From: an uncultured cyanobacterium | GTDB lineage: Bacteria; Cyanobacteriota; Cyanobacteriia; Cyanobacteriales; CAWCAG01 | DNA length: 64,000 bases | NCBI GenBank assembly: GCA_963793425.1 | Contig: CAWCAG010000006.1 | Coordinates: 19,199 to 83,198 of the forward strand | Direction of reading: 5' to 3' | Shown here: one piece after another, positions 10,801 through 19,144 of the stretch | Position numbering within the stretch: the first letter of the stretch is position 1 | Layout: the number at the start of each line of letters is the position of its first letter | The notes under the pieces: generated by a model | The model's database searches: none | Told to the model about the DNA's origin: nothing | Seen by the model: only the letters and a program-made list of their open reading frames with translations | Made by a program: the position numbers and the translations under genes

Positions 10801-11704
10801 CTCTAGCCTTGGTTTAGGTGGAACTCTGGACGTTGATGCTGCTGATTCTACCGTTATCAGTGGTACAAACGGTCAATTTAACAGTCGTCTTATCTTTGAA
10901 AGTAATGGCGCTGGTGATGCTAGGGGTATTACCCTGAATACAGGAGACTTAACTGTAGAAAATGGGGGACAAATTACCGTCGGTGGTACTGGTGCAGGGG
11001 AGTCTGGTAATTTAGATATTACTGCTAATCGTATCTTTCTCGCCAACCAGGGCCAACTACAAGCAACCACCCAAGCAGTCCGAGGGGGAAATATTGGCCT
11101 CCAAGTACGAGATTATATTCTGATGCGTTTTGGAAGTGAGATTTCTGCTGAAGCTTTTGGAGTTAGTGATGGAGGCAACATCTTTCTGCTAGATACACCT
11201 TTTGTGATTGCCATCCTCTCAGAAAATAGTGATGTGGTTGCAGGTGCAGAATTAGGACAAGGTGGTGCTATTTTTGCCCCTAATACGAAAGCCTCATTTT
11301 TCCGAGAGTTTAATGGGTTCAGGACTCCGGAAAGTGATTTTACTGCTGATTCTCAAATTCCCGGTTTGGAAGGCGTTGTTGATGCTCAAAGGTTAGACCA
11401 AACTACAGAACCTTTTCCAGAAGATTTTCAGGAACAAGAAGTGACACAAGCCTGTCAAGCAGGCCAAAACTCTGAGAATAGGGGACGTTCTACCTTTATC
11501 AACAGGGGAAGGGGAGGTTTACCACCACAACCGAATGCACCTTTAGGAGGCAGCAGCATTGAGATAGAGTTAAATAATTTTCCGCAACGGGAAGAGCAAA
11601 GTGAGGTTGAAGATGAGGATGCTACAAATAAGATTAAAAATCCTGTTGTGGTTACAGAAAACAATGAGTTTGGTTGTGGTTTAGAATTTCATTCCTACCC
11701 ATAA
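7844..11704 (+). CDS. Filamentous haemagglutinin-like two-partner secretion exoprotein (TpsA)
   Basis: Signal peptide AQITPD; NLFHSFSQF, NILTRVTG, NLFLINPNG; Gly-rich beta-helix repeats; C-terminal GRGGLPP. Confidence 0.9.
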   Translation: MSKLTTLFLLATTILSASPLQAQITPDTTLGQENSQLINNAEIKGLPGELITGGAIRGSNLFHSFSQFNVGELQRVYFENPAAITNILTRVTGNNPSEILGTLGVDGTANLFLINPNGVFFGENAHLDIAGSLFVSTADSLLLENGAEFSATNPDVPPLLTVNLRPGLQYGNNIPRAKITNRGKLIAGGDLTLVGQDLDLTGEVQGGGDVNLVATNEVKIRDSNTAPFIAAAGEELLVQGDEKVDIFALNHSDSGLFAGGDLTLRSDNAVGGDAHYWSGGNFRVEKLDGSLGDLFSPDDPIVRASGDVSLGAYVGASLHILAGGSVNITGDVDIIGTDAVNSLQESITLSDQTTVVNVDGGAERTLDIRAGTTAFNPQGTQGIVPNIFITPGAGTSADITVGGEVTSRNGLVLLTNQYQPNGLAGDIVISEEINTAGITGDGGQVVVDSRGDIQFIGSGSINPTTNNNLNVLGLEISGDITLLADSAITLESGSNVVTSFTLNAAKSGDITVKANSLLLNEGARLGSVTGGDGQGGDVNITTSDFVEVLGNPLGLSFLVAYNTNLPGNTNASGSAGNLTIKTGRLSVIDGGEVYTRAEAVGRGGDMTIIAKDLVEVTGAQGLGNESALFAGSRDIGGDSGDIFIQTKRLVAERGAQISGNTEFGTSGAAGNLTIIADESVELDNPTAYPGGLPTGIYTFTSNDKDGGELIIETKRFTVRGGTSVSTGTDTSGNAGDLIIKASEFMEVSGVSPINGGASRVRAITSNVGDGGDIRITTGSLTVKDGGRVSAESTASSTGKAGTLTVEEADLVEVIGTTPDGQNPSELFLDSEGTGNAGSFNINTRKLLVQGGGQVSANTSGRGQAGILNVDASESVEVIGTSSDGQFRSQLIFDSSGSGNAGILDIATRRLLVQAGGLVSAKTSGSGQAGILNVDAAESVQIAGISGNGQNRSELLFDSSGTGDAGELTVNTSQLFIQDGGQVSATTSSLGLGGTLDVDAADSTVISGTNGQFNSRLIFESNGAGDARGITLNTGDLTVENGGQITVGGTGAGESGNLDITANRIFLANQGQLQATTQAVRGGNIGLQVRDYILMRFGSEISAEAFGVSDGGNIFLLDTPFVIAILSENSDVVAGAELGQGGAIFAPNTKASFFREFNGFRTPESDFTADSQIPGLEGVVDAQRLDQTTEPFPEDFQEQEVTQACQAGQNSENRGRSTFINRGRGGLPPQPNAPLGGSSIEIELNNFPQREEQSEVEDEDATNKIKNPVVVTENNEFGCGLEFHSYP

Positions 11705-11717
11705 CTATCAACCTTTT

Positions 11718-11859
11718 GTAGGGGCGACCCGTTGACTCTCCCTCAGCAACCAACAAGTACATCGAATTAGGTCGCCCGCCCTACCAATAATCCCTGAAAA
11801 GGCGACCCATTTTTGCAAGTTTGTGACAAACAAAAATAATGCAAACGGGTCGTCCCTAC
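11718..11859. repeat. Full-length REP/REPIN-like element
   Basis: GTAGGGGCGACCCGTT ... AACGGGTCGTCCCTAC inverted ends with an internal GGTCGCC/GGCGACC hairpin. Confidence 0.75.
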
Positions 11860-11869
11860 CATGAAATTA

Positions 11870-12823
11870 TTAATTTTTACCACGACTTAGAAGTTTTTTC
11901 TTACTGAACAAAGCCAAGCTAACGGCTACTAAACCGAGTAAGCCAGAAGGTTCAGGGGCTGTTTCTTTGTCTTCTTCAGGGACTTCTTCACAGTAACCCT
12001 TGTCACAAATACCAGATTTATTAAATCTGAAAGCAATAGTATGCTCACCTTCACCAAAATCATAACCTGATGCTTGCAGTTCTTGATTGTTGAGGTAAGT
12101 TAACCCAGTTACAAAATTACCAGAGGCAATGGTATTTAAGCTTTGGTTTTGGTCAAAATAAAGGGTGTCAGCAGGCAAATCTCCTAAGCTGGGGCCGCAA
12201 CCAGGGCCTTGACAACCGTATTGCCTAACTCGCTCATTATAGGCGACAATACCAGCAAAGCCGTCATTAATATCTGTGGTGCTTGTGGCTGTGACATTGC
12301 TATACAAGCCAACTTGGTCTACAAAAGAATCATTACTAGGAGCAAACTTAACCCCAAATAGATTGCCTTCATTGCTAGCAGTGGTAAAGTCTTTGTCAGT
12401 GAAGTTGAAAAATAAATCTCCCCAACCAATATTACCATCCTCTGCTCCATCACTATCTGTTCCGCTTAAAGGTAAGTTCGCATTAATGGCAACCCAAATA
12501 TCATCTTCTGTTTCCCGCAATGCCAGGGTGTAAATTTCGTAGACATTACCACCAACATCAAAATTATCAACACCGTCGTTAGGAGAATCGATAGCATACT
12601 GCCAAGGATAGTCAAAAAAGTCATCTTCCCCATCACCTACAATGATACCAACACCATCGTTAATACATTCGGTAAAGACATTAGCTACATTCCCTTGGCT
12701 TAGAGCTTTCAGCGTGGCTGCTTCTGCTGGTACATCTGCTATAAGAGTGATACCAGAAATAGTGGTTAATCCCAGTAAACAGGGAATTAGTTTTTGGGCA
12801 GTAGGTAGGCTAGGACAGTTCAT
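11870..12823 (-). CDS. PEP-CTERM sorting domain surface protein
   Basis: Signal peptide ending AEAAT; C-terminal APEPSGLLGL + hydrophobic + KKK; start inferred at MNCP. Confidence 0.85.
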   Translation of the reverse strand: MNCPSLPTAQKLIPCLLGLTTISGITLIADVPAEAATLKALSQGNVANVFTECINDGVGIIVGDGEDDFFDYPWQYAIDSPNDGVDNFDVGGNVYEIYTLALRETEDDIWVAINANLPLSGTDSDGAEDGNIGWGDLFFNFTDKDFTTASNEGNLFGVKFAPSNDSFVDQVGLYSNVTATSTTDINDGFAGIVAYNERVRQYGCQGPGCGPSLGDLPADTLYFDQNQSLNTIASGNFVTGLTYLNNQELQASGYDFGEGEHTIAFRFNKSGICDKGYCEEVPEEDKETAPEPSGLLGLVAVSLALFSKKKLLSRGKN

Positions 12824-12995
12824 GAATGTTTCTCCTGGTAATTCAAGCTGAGGTATGCAGTATTTGATTAATAAAAACCTCATCATAGTTACTTACTTCT
12901 CAAAGATCAGGATCGCTTTTTATGCAAAGAAGCCGATTTTTTAATATTTGTTTACATTGATGATATATTGCTAGAAAAGTAACTACAGAAGGAAA

Positions 12996-14723
12996 TTAAA
13001 AAGGACTATAAATAACCGAAAAATGCCACCCTTGTTCCTGCCAAGTATTTTCTGAACTATCAACACTAATCAGAGGAATACCCCAGGCTAAACTGAAAGC
13101 TAAATTATCCCCCTGTTGCCAGCGCAAACCCAAGCCTACCGAAGCTAAACTATGATTATTCAATTCCCGACGTTGCCCTTGATTCTTCGAGTTATTCCAA
13201 ACTGTAGCAAAGTCAGCAAAGGGAGTTAACTGCAAAACGCTATCCCAGTCAGATACCCGTAAAACCGGCCAACGTAGTTCCCCAGAAAGGGTAGCAGCAT
13301 TATCAGCGAGTAATAAATCCTGACGATAACCTCTCACGGTGTTTTGTCCACCTATTCCGAACTGTTCTAAGCTTAATAAAGCTTGGTCAGCAATTTGCAA
13401 ATTTCCTTTGACTATTAACAAGGTGTCTGGTGCAAGCAACCGTAGCCATTGCCCTTGTAAACGCCAGGAGAAAAACAAGCTATCAGGTTCACCTTCGTTG
13501 ATTGTGGTATCAAAAGTCCCTACTCCCAGATTAAACTGCGATCGCAACGCCACAACTTCCCTTTCTCCTCGGTTTACCCATTCCTGGAAAAAACGTAAAG
13601 CGGAGACACGGACACGCCCTTGGTCGTCAGCGCCTACAGAAAGAGGTGTAGGAATGCCTAAAAGAGAACTTTCACTTTCTTGCCGTGAAGCAGTTAAACC
13701 GAGGCTGATTTCTTCTGTTGGACTACGTTTAACGGGTTGTTGCAGAGTGATTTCGTAGTAGCGAGAGTCTGATTCAATATCGAGGATGGCAAAAGGGTCT
13801 TCAATTACATTACTGGAGGTTATACCATAGGCAATGCTGATGCTGCCATTGCGGGGATTTATGGGTAATTCATAGCTAAAATCTAAGCTATCGCTACCTT
13901 CGCTGTGGTAGTAACCCAGGCGCAGAGAGTCCCCGAAACCTAGTAAGTTTCCTTCGTTGAAACTTAAGCCTAAACGATTAGTTCCCACGCTAGGGGAACG
14001 TTGATTGTTGTAACTAAACTCAGTGTGAAAACTATCAGCTTCGGTTATTTGAATATCGAGAATACTTTGCCCAGGGCGAGGACTCTCAGATAAACCAGCA
14101 ATAACATTGTCTATTAAAGGGTCACTACGCAATAGCTGCAAAGCTTCTAAGAGTTTTTCTTGGTTAAGGGGAGTTGTGGTAGCACTTTCTAAACGACTGC
14201 GGATGTAGTTAGCATTGAGTCTTTTTGTGCCAATGACTCTAATTTCTTCTACTTCTCCCTCAACTACTTGAATGATTAAGATTCCTGCCCCGATATCAAT
14301 TTGAGAAACATAAGCCCCCGAAGTCAGATATCCTTGCTGGAGGTAATAGTTTTCAATAGTCAAAGGTACTTGCTGAAGTTCAGGTAGGGATAGAGATTTG
14401 TTGAGGAATGGGGCGGTAATTTCCTGTAATTGGGCTTGAGTGAATACTGTACTACCTTGCACTTGGATTTGCTTGACTTCAAAGGTTTCTAGTGTTGGGA
14501 GAGGTTGAGTTTCAGGTAGAGAAGGAGTGGGTAGTGTAGGGAATATATCTTCTAGGGGAGGTAGCTTTTGTGGAGATTCTAAGGGTTGAGGACGGGTAGA
14601 AGGAGGTTCTATTTCTGGTGGTGGCGGGTTTTGGGCTAAGCAAAAGGGGGTAGCGAAGTAGCTAGTTAATAGCAAAGTAAATAAACGGAAAAGAAAATAC
14701 TTAGCTGCAAAGCAAGTTTTCAT
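12996..14723 (-). CDS. ShlB/FhaC/HecB family TpsB outer-membrane transporter
   Basis: POTRA (GSTVF, YLQQGYLTSGA, VVEG), VRGY motif, terminal Phe. Confidence 0.92.
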   Translation of the reverse strand: MKTCFAAKYFLFRLFTLLLTSYFATPFCLAQNPPPPEIEPPSTRPQPLESPQKLPPLEDIFPTLPTPSLPETQPLPTLETFEVKQIQVQGSTVFTQAQLQEITAPFLNKSLSLPELQQVPLTIENYYLQQGYLTSGAYVSQIDIGAGILIIQVVEGEVEEIRVIGTKRLNANYIRSRLESATTTPLNQEKLLEALQLLRSDPLIDNVIAGLSESPRPGQSILDIQITEADSFHTEFSYNNQRSPSVGTNRLGLSFNEGNLLGFGDSLRLGYYHSEGSDSLDFSYELPINPRNGSISIAYGITSSNVIEDPFAILDIESDSRYYEITLQQPVKRSPTEEISLGLTASRQESESSLLGIPTPLSVGADDQGRVRVSALRFFQEWVNRGEREVVALRSQFNLGVGTFDTTINEGEPDSLFFSWRLQGQWLRLLAPDTLLIVKGNLQIADQALLSLEQFGIGGQNTVRGYRQDLLLADNAATLSGELRWPVLRVSDWDSVLQLTPFADFATVWNNSKNQGQRRELNNHSLASVGLGLRWQQGDNLAFSLAWGIPLISVDSSENTWQEQGWHFSVIYSPF

Positions 14724-14873
14724 ATTTATCTGGTATATACACCAGGAGTATTGTACAGATTTTTACTTGCAAAATTCGCTTTTTTATCAACTTTTGTAAA
14801 TAATCTCGCTCTTTGGCATAAAATTGCCCGCTATAACCAGAGAAGAGAATGAGTACTAATTAAATAGATCATT

Positions 14874-17534
14874 ATGGTCAAACAACATCTACTTTTTCCT
14901 ATTTCCTTTTCTTTTATCAGTACTAGGATTTCTTCCTTGATCTATTTGTTATTGCCTTTTGCTTTGACAGTTTCTTCTACTTCCGTAGCGGCTTTTCCTA
15001 GGCAGTTTTTGGTAGCAGAAGCATTGTCAACAGATAGTTTACAGCCGCTAGAATCTAGTGAACCGAAGAATTGGGAAAATCAGGGTAAAGTGCAGTTTAG
15101 CAAAGGTAGGACTGAGGAAGCTTTGCGAAGTTGGCAACTGGCGGTTGAACAATATGCCCAAGCAGGGGATGATTTGGGGTTACATCGCAATCTAGTTTAT
15201 CAGGCGATCGCACTTCAAGATTTGGGGTTACACACTGAAGCCGTCAAAACTCTTATTCCTGCTTTGGTTTATTGGCAGCAGCAAGAAGATTCGGAGATGA
15301 AGGCTACCAGTTTGCGGGTGATGGCTGATCTTTTGTTGGTGACAGGAGAGGTAAAGAATCCTCAATTACAGGAATTTTTAGCTCAGTTTCGACCTCAACA
15401 AAGTGATGAGAAAGAGGAAAATTGGAGTCATTTTAAACAAGCAGAAGCTTTGCTGCAAGAAAGTTTGAAAATATCTTCAGAGGGTTCGTTTAGTTATAAT
15501 CAATCCCTCCTCAGTTTAGGTAATACAGCCAGGGCAGCTTACTCTCACTGGCAAGACAATTATCAGCGTGTTCCTACACCTAAAGATTTAGAGAAAGCTA
15601 ATGCAAAGTTTAATAAGGCAGTAGATTACTATCAACAAGCTACAAATTCCTCCAATCTAACCCTTAATTATAAAGCAACATTAAATCACTTTAATTTACT
15701 AATTGATGCTCAAAAATGGTTACAAGAAATAGAAAAAGAAGATAACTTGAATCGACGTACTCGAAAAGTAAAACAACAATTTAGCCAAGAAGTTGAGCCA
15801 CAATTGCAGCAAATGAGTACAGATTTGCCTAAGATTATTGCTGGAATTGAGAGATTAGAAACCGGACGAGATAGCCTTTATGTACAACTGAATTTAGCTA
15901 ATAGTTTAATGGAGTTACCAGATGGGAAAGAATATATTTCTAATGCTCTAAACTTGTTAACCAAAGCTGTTGAAATTGCCCGTAATTTAGGAGATTCTCG
16001 TTCTGAAGCTTTTGCTTTGCAATATTTAGGTAAATTGTATGCTAGTAATGGTCAGTTAGCAGAAGCGCAGCAATTAACGCAACAGGCATTTCAGTTAGTA
16101 GAAAACAAGCAAGCTGAACAAGAGATTTATGGGGCGGATCTTAGTTATCAAACTCAGTGGCAACTAGGAAAAGTCTTACTTGAACAAGTGGAACAAGAGA
16201 GTGCGATCGCCGCTTATGAGAATGCTATTGAAAGTTTAGATAAAGTAAGAAAAGATTTGTTATATCTCAACAATACTGACCTCAGATTTAGTTTTCGCGA
16301 TGATGTTGAACCAGTTTATCGAGAGTTGGCTGATTTATTGTTGCAAGCAGCTAAACAAGAAGAAGATAACCCAGATTCAACCGCAAGACAGACCTATCTA
16401 AAAAAAGCTGTCGCTGTCATGGAACAGTTGCAACTAGCGGAATTAGAAGACTATTTGCGTTGTCAGTTGCAAAATGGCGATCACGTTTCTATTCAAGAAG
16501 TTGTTGACAAAGATAACTTGCCCGTAGCAGTTATTTATCCGATTATCTTTGCTGATCGTTTAGAAATTATCGTTAAGCTACCTCAAGAGTCAGAGTTAAA
16601 AACTTATACTACCAACATTACTGCTGGAGAACTAGAGAATTTAGTTGAGAAAGTACAAACAAATATCAAACAAAAAAGGGCTGCTAATAATGCCTCATCT
16701 TTTCAGGATTTATATAGACTTATTCTCAAAGATATCGACTTAGAATTACAAAATCATTCAGTAGAAACATTAGCTTTTGTTTTAAATGGCTCCCTGCGAA
16801 GTATTCCTCTATCTACTCTCCATGATGGAGAAAAATATTTAATTGAAAAATATAGCTTAGCTTCCAGCTTAGGCTTACAAATACCAGAAGATACACAAAC
16901 TATTAATCAGGATACCTTACTATTAGCCGCAGGAGTTAGTAAAGAAAATCTTGATGCTCCTGCTTTACCTTACGTTAGAGATGAATTAATAGAAATCGCT
17001 AAATTTATGTCAAATAGTAAAATTCTTGAAAACGAGGATTTTACGACAGCTACTTTGCAACAACAAATAGAAACTAAACCTTTCTCCATAGTTCATATTG
17101 CTACCCACGGTATTTTCAGTTCTCGCCCTGAAGAAACTTACCTGATGGCTTCTGGAGAAAAAATTAATTTAACTCAATTTGATAATCTAATTAGAAACCA
17201 GACAGAAATTAACACCACCGCCGTAGAATTGTTAGTATTAAGTGCGTGCGAAACTGCTAATGGTGACAAACGGGCTGCGTTAGGTATGGCCGGTGTAGCA
17301 GTGCAAGCTGGGGCCCGTAGTGCTGTTGCTTCTTTGTATCTAGTTAACGACCAATCCACTTCTATACTAATGGGAAAATTTTACCAAGAGTTAGGGCCGC
17401 AAACCCCATCAGATGAACGGTTGACTAAAGCTGAAGCCTTGCGTAGCGCCCAGTTAAGCTTATTAGACAAAGGAGGTGACTATAGTAAACCTTACTACTG
17501 GAGTCCTTTTATTTTAGTGGGAAACTGGCGTTGA
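14874..17534 (+). CDS. TPR + CHAT (caspase-like) domain protein
   Basis: VHIATHG, LVLSACETA, PYYWSPFILVGNW. Confidence 0.92.
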   Translation: MVKQHLLFPISFSFISTRISSLIYLLLPFALTVSSTSVAAFPRQFLVAEALSTDSLQPLESSEPKNWENQGKVQFSKGRTEEALRSWQLAVEQYAQAGDDLGLHRNLVYQAIALQDLGLHTEAVKTLIPALVYWQQQEDSEMKATSLRVMADLLLVTGEVKNPQLQEFLAQFRPQQSDEKEENWSHFKQAEALLQESLKISSEGSFSYNQSLLSLGNTARAAYSHWQDNYQRVPTPKDLEKANAKFNKAVDYYQQATNSSNLTLNYKATLNHFNLLIDAQKWLQEIEKEDNLNRRTRKVKQQFSQEVEPQLQQMSTDLPKIIAGIERLETGRDSLYVQLNLANSLMELPDGKEYISNALNLLTKAVEIARNLGDSRSEAFALQYLGKLYASNGQLAEAQQLTQQAFQLVENKQAEQEIYGADLSYQTQWQLGKVLLEQVEQESAIAAYENAIESLDKVRKDLLYLNNTDLRFSFRDDVEPVYRELADLLLQAAKQEEDNPDSTARQTYLKKAVAVMEQLQLAELEDYLRCQLQNGDHVSIQEVVDKDNLPVAVIYPIIFADRLEIIVKLPQESELKTYTTNITAGELENLVEKVQTNIKQKRAANNASSFQDLYRLILKDIDLELQNHSVETLAFVLNGSLRSIPLSTLHDGEKYLIEKYSLASSLGLQIPEDTQTINQDTLLLAAGVSKENLDAPALPYVRDELIEIAKFMSNSKILENEDFTTATLQQQIETKPFSIVHIATHGIFSSRPEETYLMASGEKINLTQFDNLIRNQTEINTTAVELLVLSACETANGDKRAALGMAGVAVQAGARSAVASLYLVNDQSTSILMGKFYQELGPQTPSDERLTKAEALRSAQLSLLDKGGDYSKPYYWSPFILVGNWR

Positions 17535-17640
17535 TAGTTGACCCCCATTGCTGAAAAGGTATAATCCCCACCAACTACTGGGTTATAATAAGCTAGCTTT
17601 ACCAAAACTGCCCTTAAGCAATAGTTGTAGACAAGAGTTT

Positions 17641-18339
17641 ATGGTTCAAACTCCTTCTTCCCCGGTAACTTTATATCCTGATTCTGACGGTAAACCCATG
17701 GCTGATAATACAGAACAGTATCAATGGATTGTCCGTCTAGTTACCAATCTCAAGTATTTACTAAAAGATGAACTTGCTTTCGTAGCAGGAGATTTGCTGT
17801 GGTATCCTGTGGAAGTGAAAGAACCACCTGCACCGTGTCAAGCACCAGATGCGATGGTAGTTTTAGGTCGTCCCCAGGGATATCGAGGCAGCTATAAACA
17901 ATGGCAGGAAGAACAGATTGCCCCACAAGTTGTCTTTGAAATTCTCTCCCCCAGCAACACTCGTCGAGAGATGGCAGAAAAACAGAAGTTTTATGAAAAT
18001 CATGGGGTTCTAGAAGCCTATTACTACGACATTCAACGCCAGGATTTCTGGGGCTTTGTACGTCAACAGAGCAATGAGGTTTATACTTTAGTTACTGCGT
18101 TGTATTTGCCTTGGACATCTCCCCTGTTGCAGATTCGCTTTGAACTATTTGAGGATGGGTTGTCGGTCTTTTATCCCAATGGTGAGCCATTTACTGAACC
18201 CGAAGTAAGTTTGCTGGAGCGAGATCAAGCGCGAGTAGAGCGAGATCAGGCTCGTTTACAAGAAGAGCAAACCAAAGCTAAACTGAACCAAGCCCTAGAG
18301 AAGCTTCGAGAGTTAGGCATTGACCCTGATACTCTCTAG
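17641..18339 (+). CDS. Uma2 family putative endonuclease
   Basis: YPDSDGKPMADNT, APDAMVV, VVFEILSPSN; start inferred at ATG 17641. Confidence 0.88.
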   Translation: MVQTPSSPVTLYPDSDGKPMADNTEQYQWIVRLVTNLKYLLKDELAFVAGDLLWYPVEVKEPPAPCQAPDAMVVLGRPQGYRGSYKQWQEEQIAPQVVFEILSPSNTRREMAEKQKFYENHGVLEAYYYDIQRQDFWGFVRQQSNEVYTLVTALYLPWTSPLLQIRFELFEDGLSVFYPNGEPFTEPEVSLLERDQARVERDQARLQEEQTKAKLNQALEKLRELGIDPDTL

Positions 18340-18385
18340 GACTGAATAAGAATGGTGCAAATACAACCTAGTCTGTTTGTAACTC

Positions 18386-19144
18386 CTATTCCTCTATTGG
18401 TTGGCAGCAGTTTACAATCGGTTCATTAACAAAGTCTTCTAATCCCATTTCTTCAAGGAAGGTTCGCCATTGCTGTTGCTTCTGAGGACTTTCTGCAAGG
18501 TTGGCTATGTCCGTGAGGCGATCATAAACAAACTCAGCTTCGGGAATTTGACTATCATCGCTTCTTTGTATCCAAGCACTGGTTTCATCCGTTTTAGATG
18601 TTGCGCTAGAGTCACAATTAGCTTCAACAAATAAGTACCATCGATACCATTCTCCTTTGACAAGAGGCTTTTCAGTACTAGGTAGACCAAAGCTAATAAT
18701 ACCTGTAGTATTTGGCTTACTTAGGTTTATGTCTTCGACGATGATGTTATCTTGTTCATCTCGCAACGAAAAAGTTATCTTCTTGATTAAGTCTGCTTCA
18801 TAAGGAATATAAGCCCGAAAAGTAGGATGTTCCTTGCGAGTGAAACCCCAACGCCATTCAGTTGTTTTAGAGTGTGGTTCTATTAATACTAAAGATTTAA
18901 AAGGTGGTTTTGGTTTGAGAATATCACAAGGAGTACGAGTACCTGTACTGATGGGATGTCCTTTTGATGTTCCTTGTCCTGTATCCTCTGTAAGAAAAAG
19001 AGGTTCCCACCAGTTTAATTCATAGGGAAGTTTAGTTAATCGAGATTTAATTACTCTGGCTTCTACAATATTTGTGTTGATTAGTAGAAAGATAACTACT
19101 AAAGGAAAGCTTGAAAACTTAGTAAACAAATTGTTGAACATCAT
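18386..19144 (-). CDS. DUF928 domain protein
   Basis: GTR..C, T...PTF..YIPY, YRWYL, WIQR, PIVNCC. Confidence 0.8.
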   Translation of the reverse strand: MMFNNLFTKFSSFPLVVIFLLINTNIVEARVIKSRLTKLPYELNWWEPLFLTEDTGQGTSKGHPISTGTRTPCDILKPKPPFKSLVLIEPHSKTTEWRWGFTRKEHPTFRAYIPYEADLIKKITFSLRDEQDNIIVEDINLSKPNTTGIISFGLPSTEKPLVKGEWYRWYLFVEANCDSSATSKTDETSAWIQRSDDSQIPEAEFVYDRLTDIANLAESPQKQQQWRTFLEEMGLEDFVNEPIVNCCQPIEE

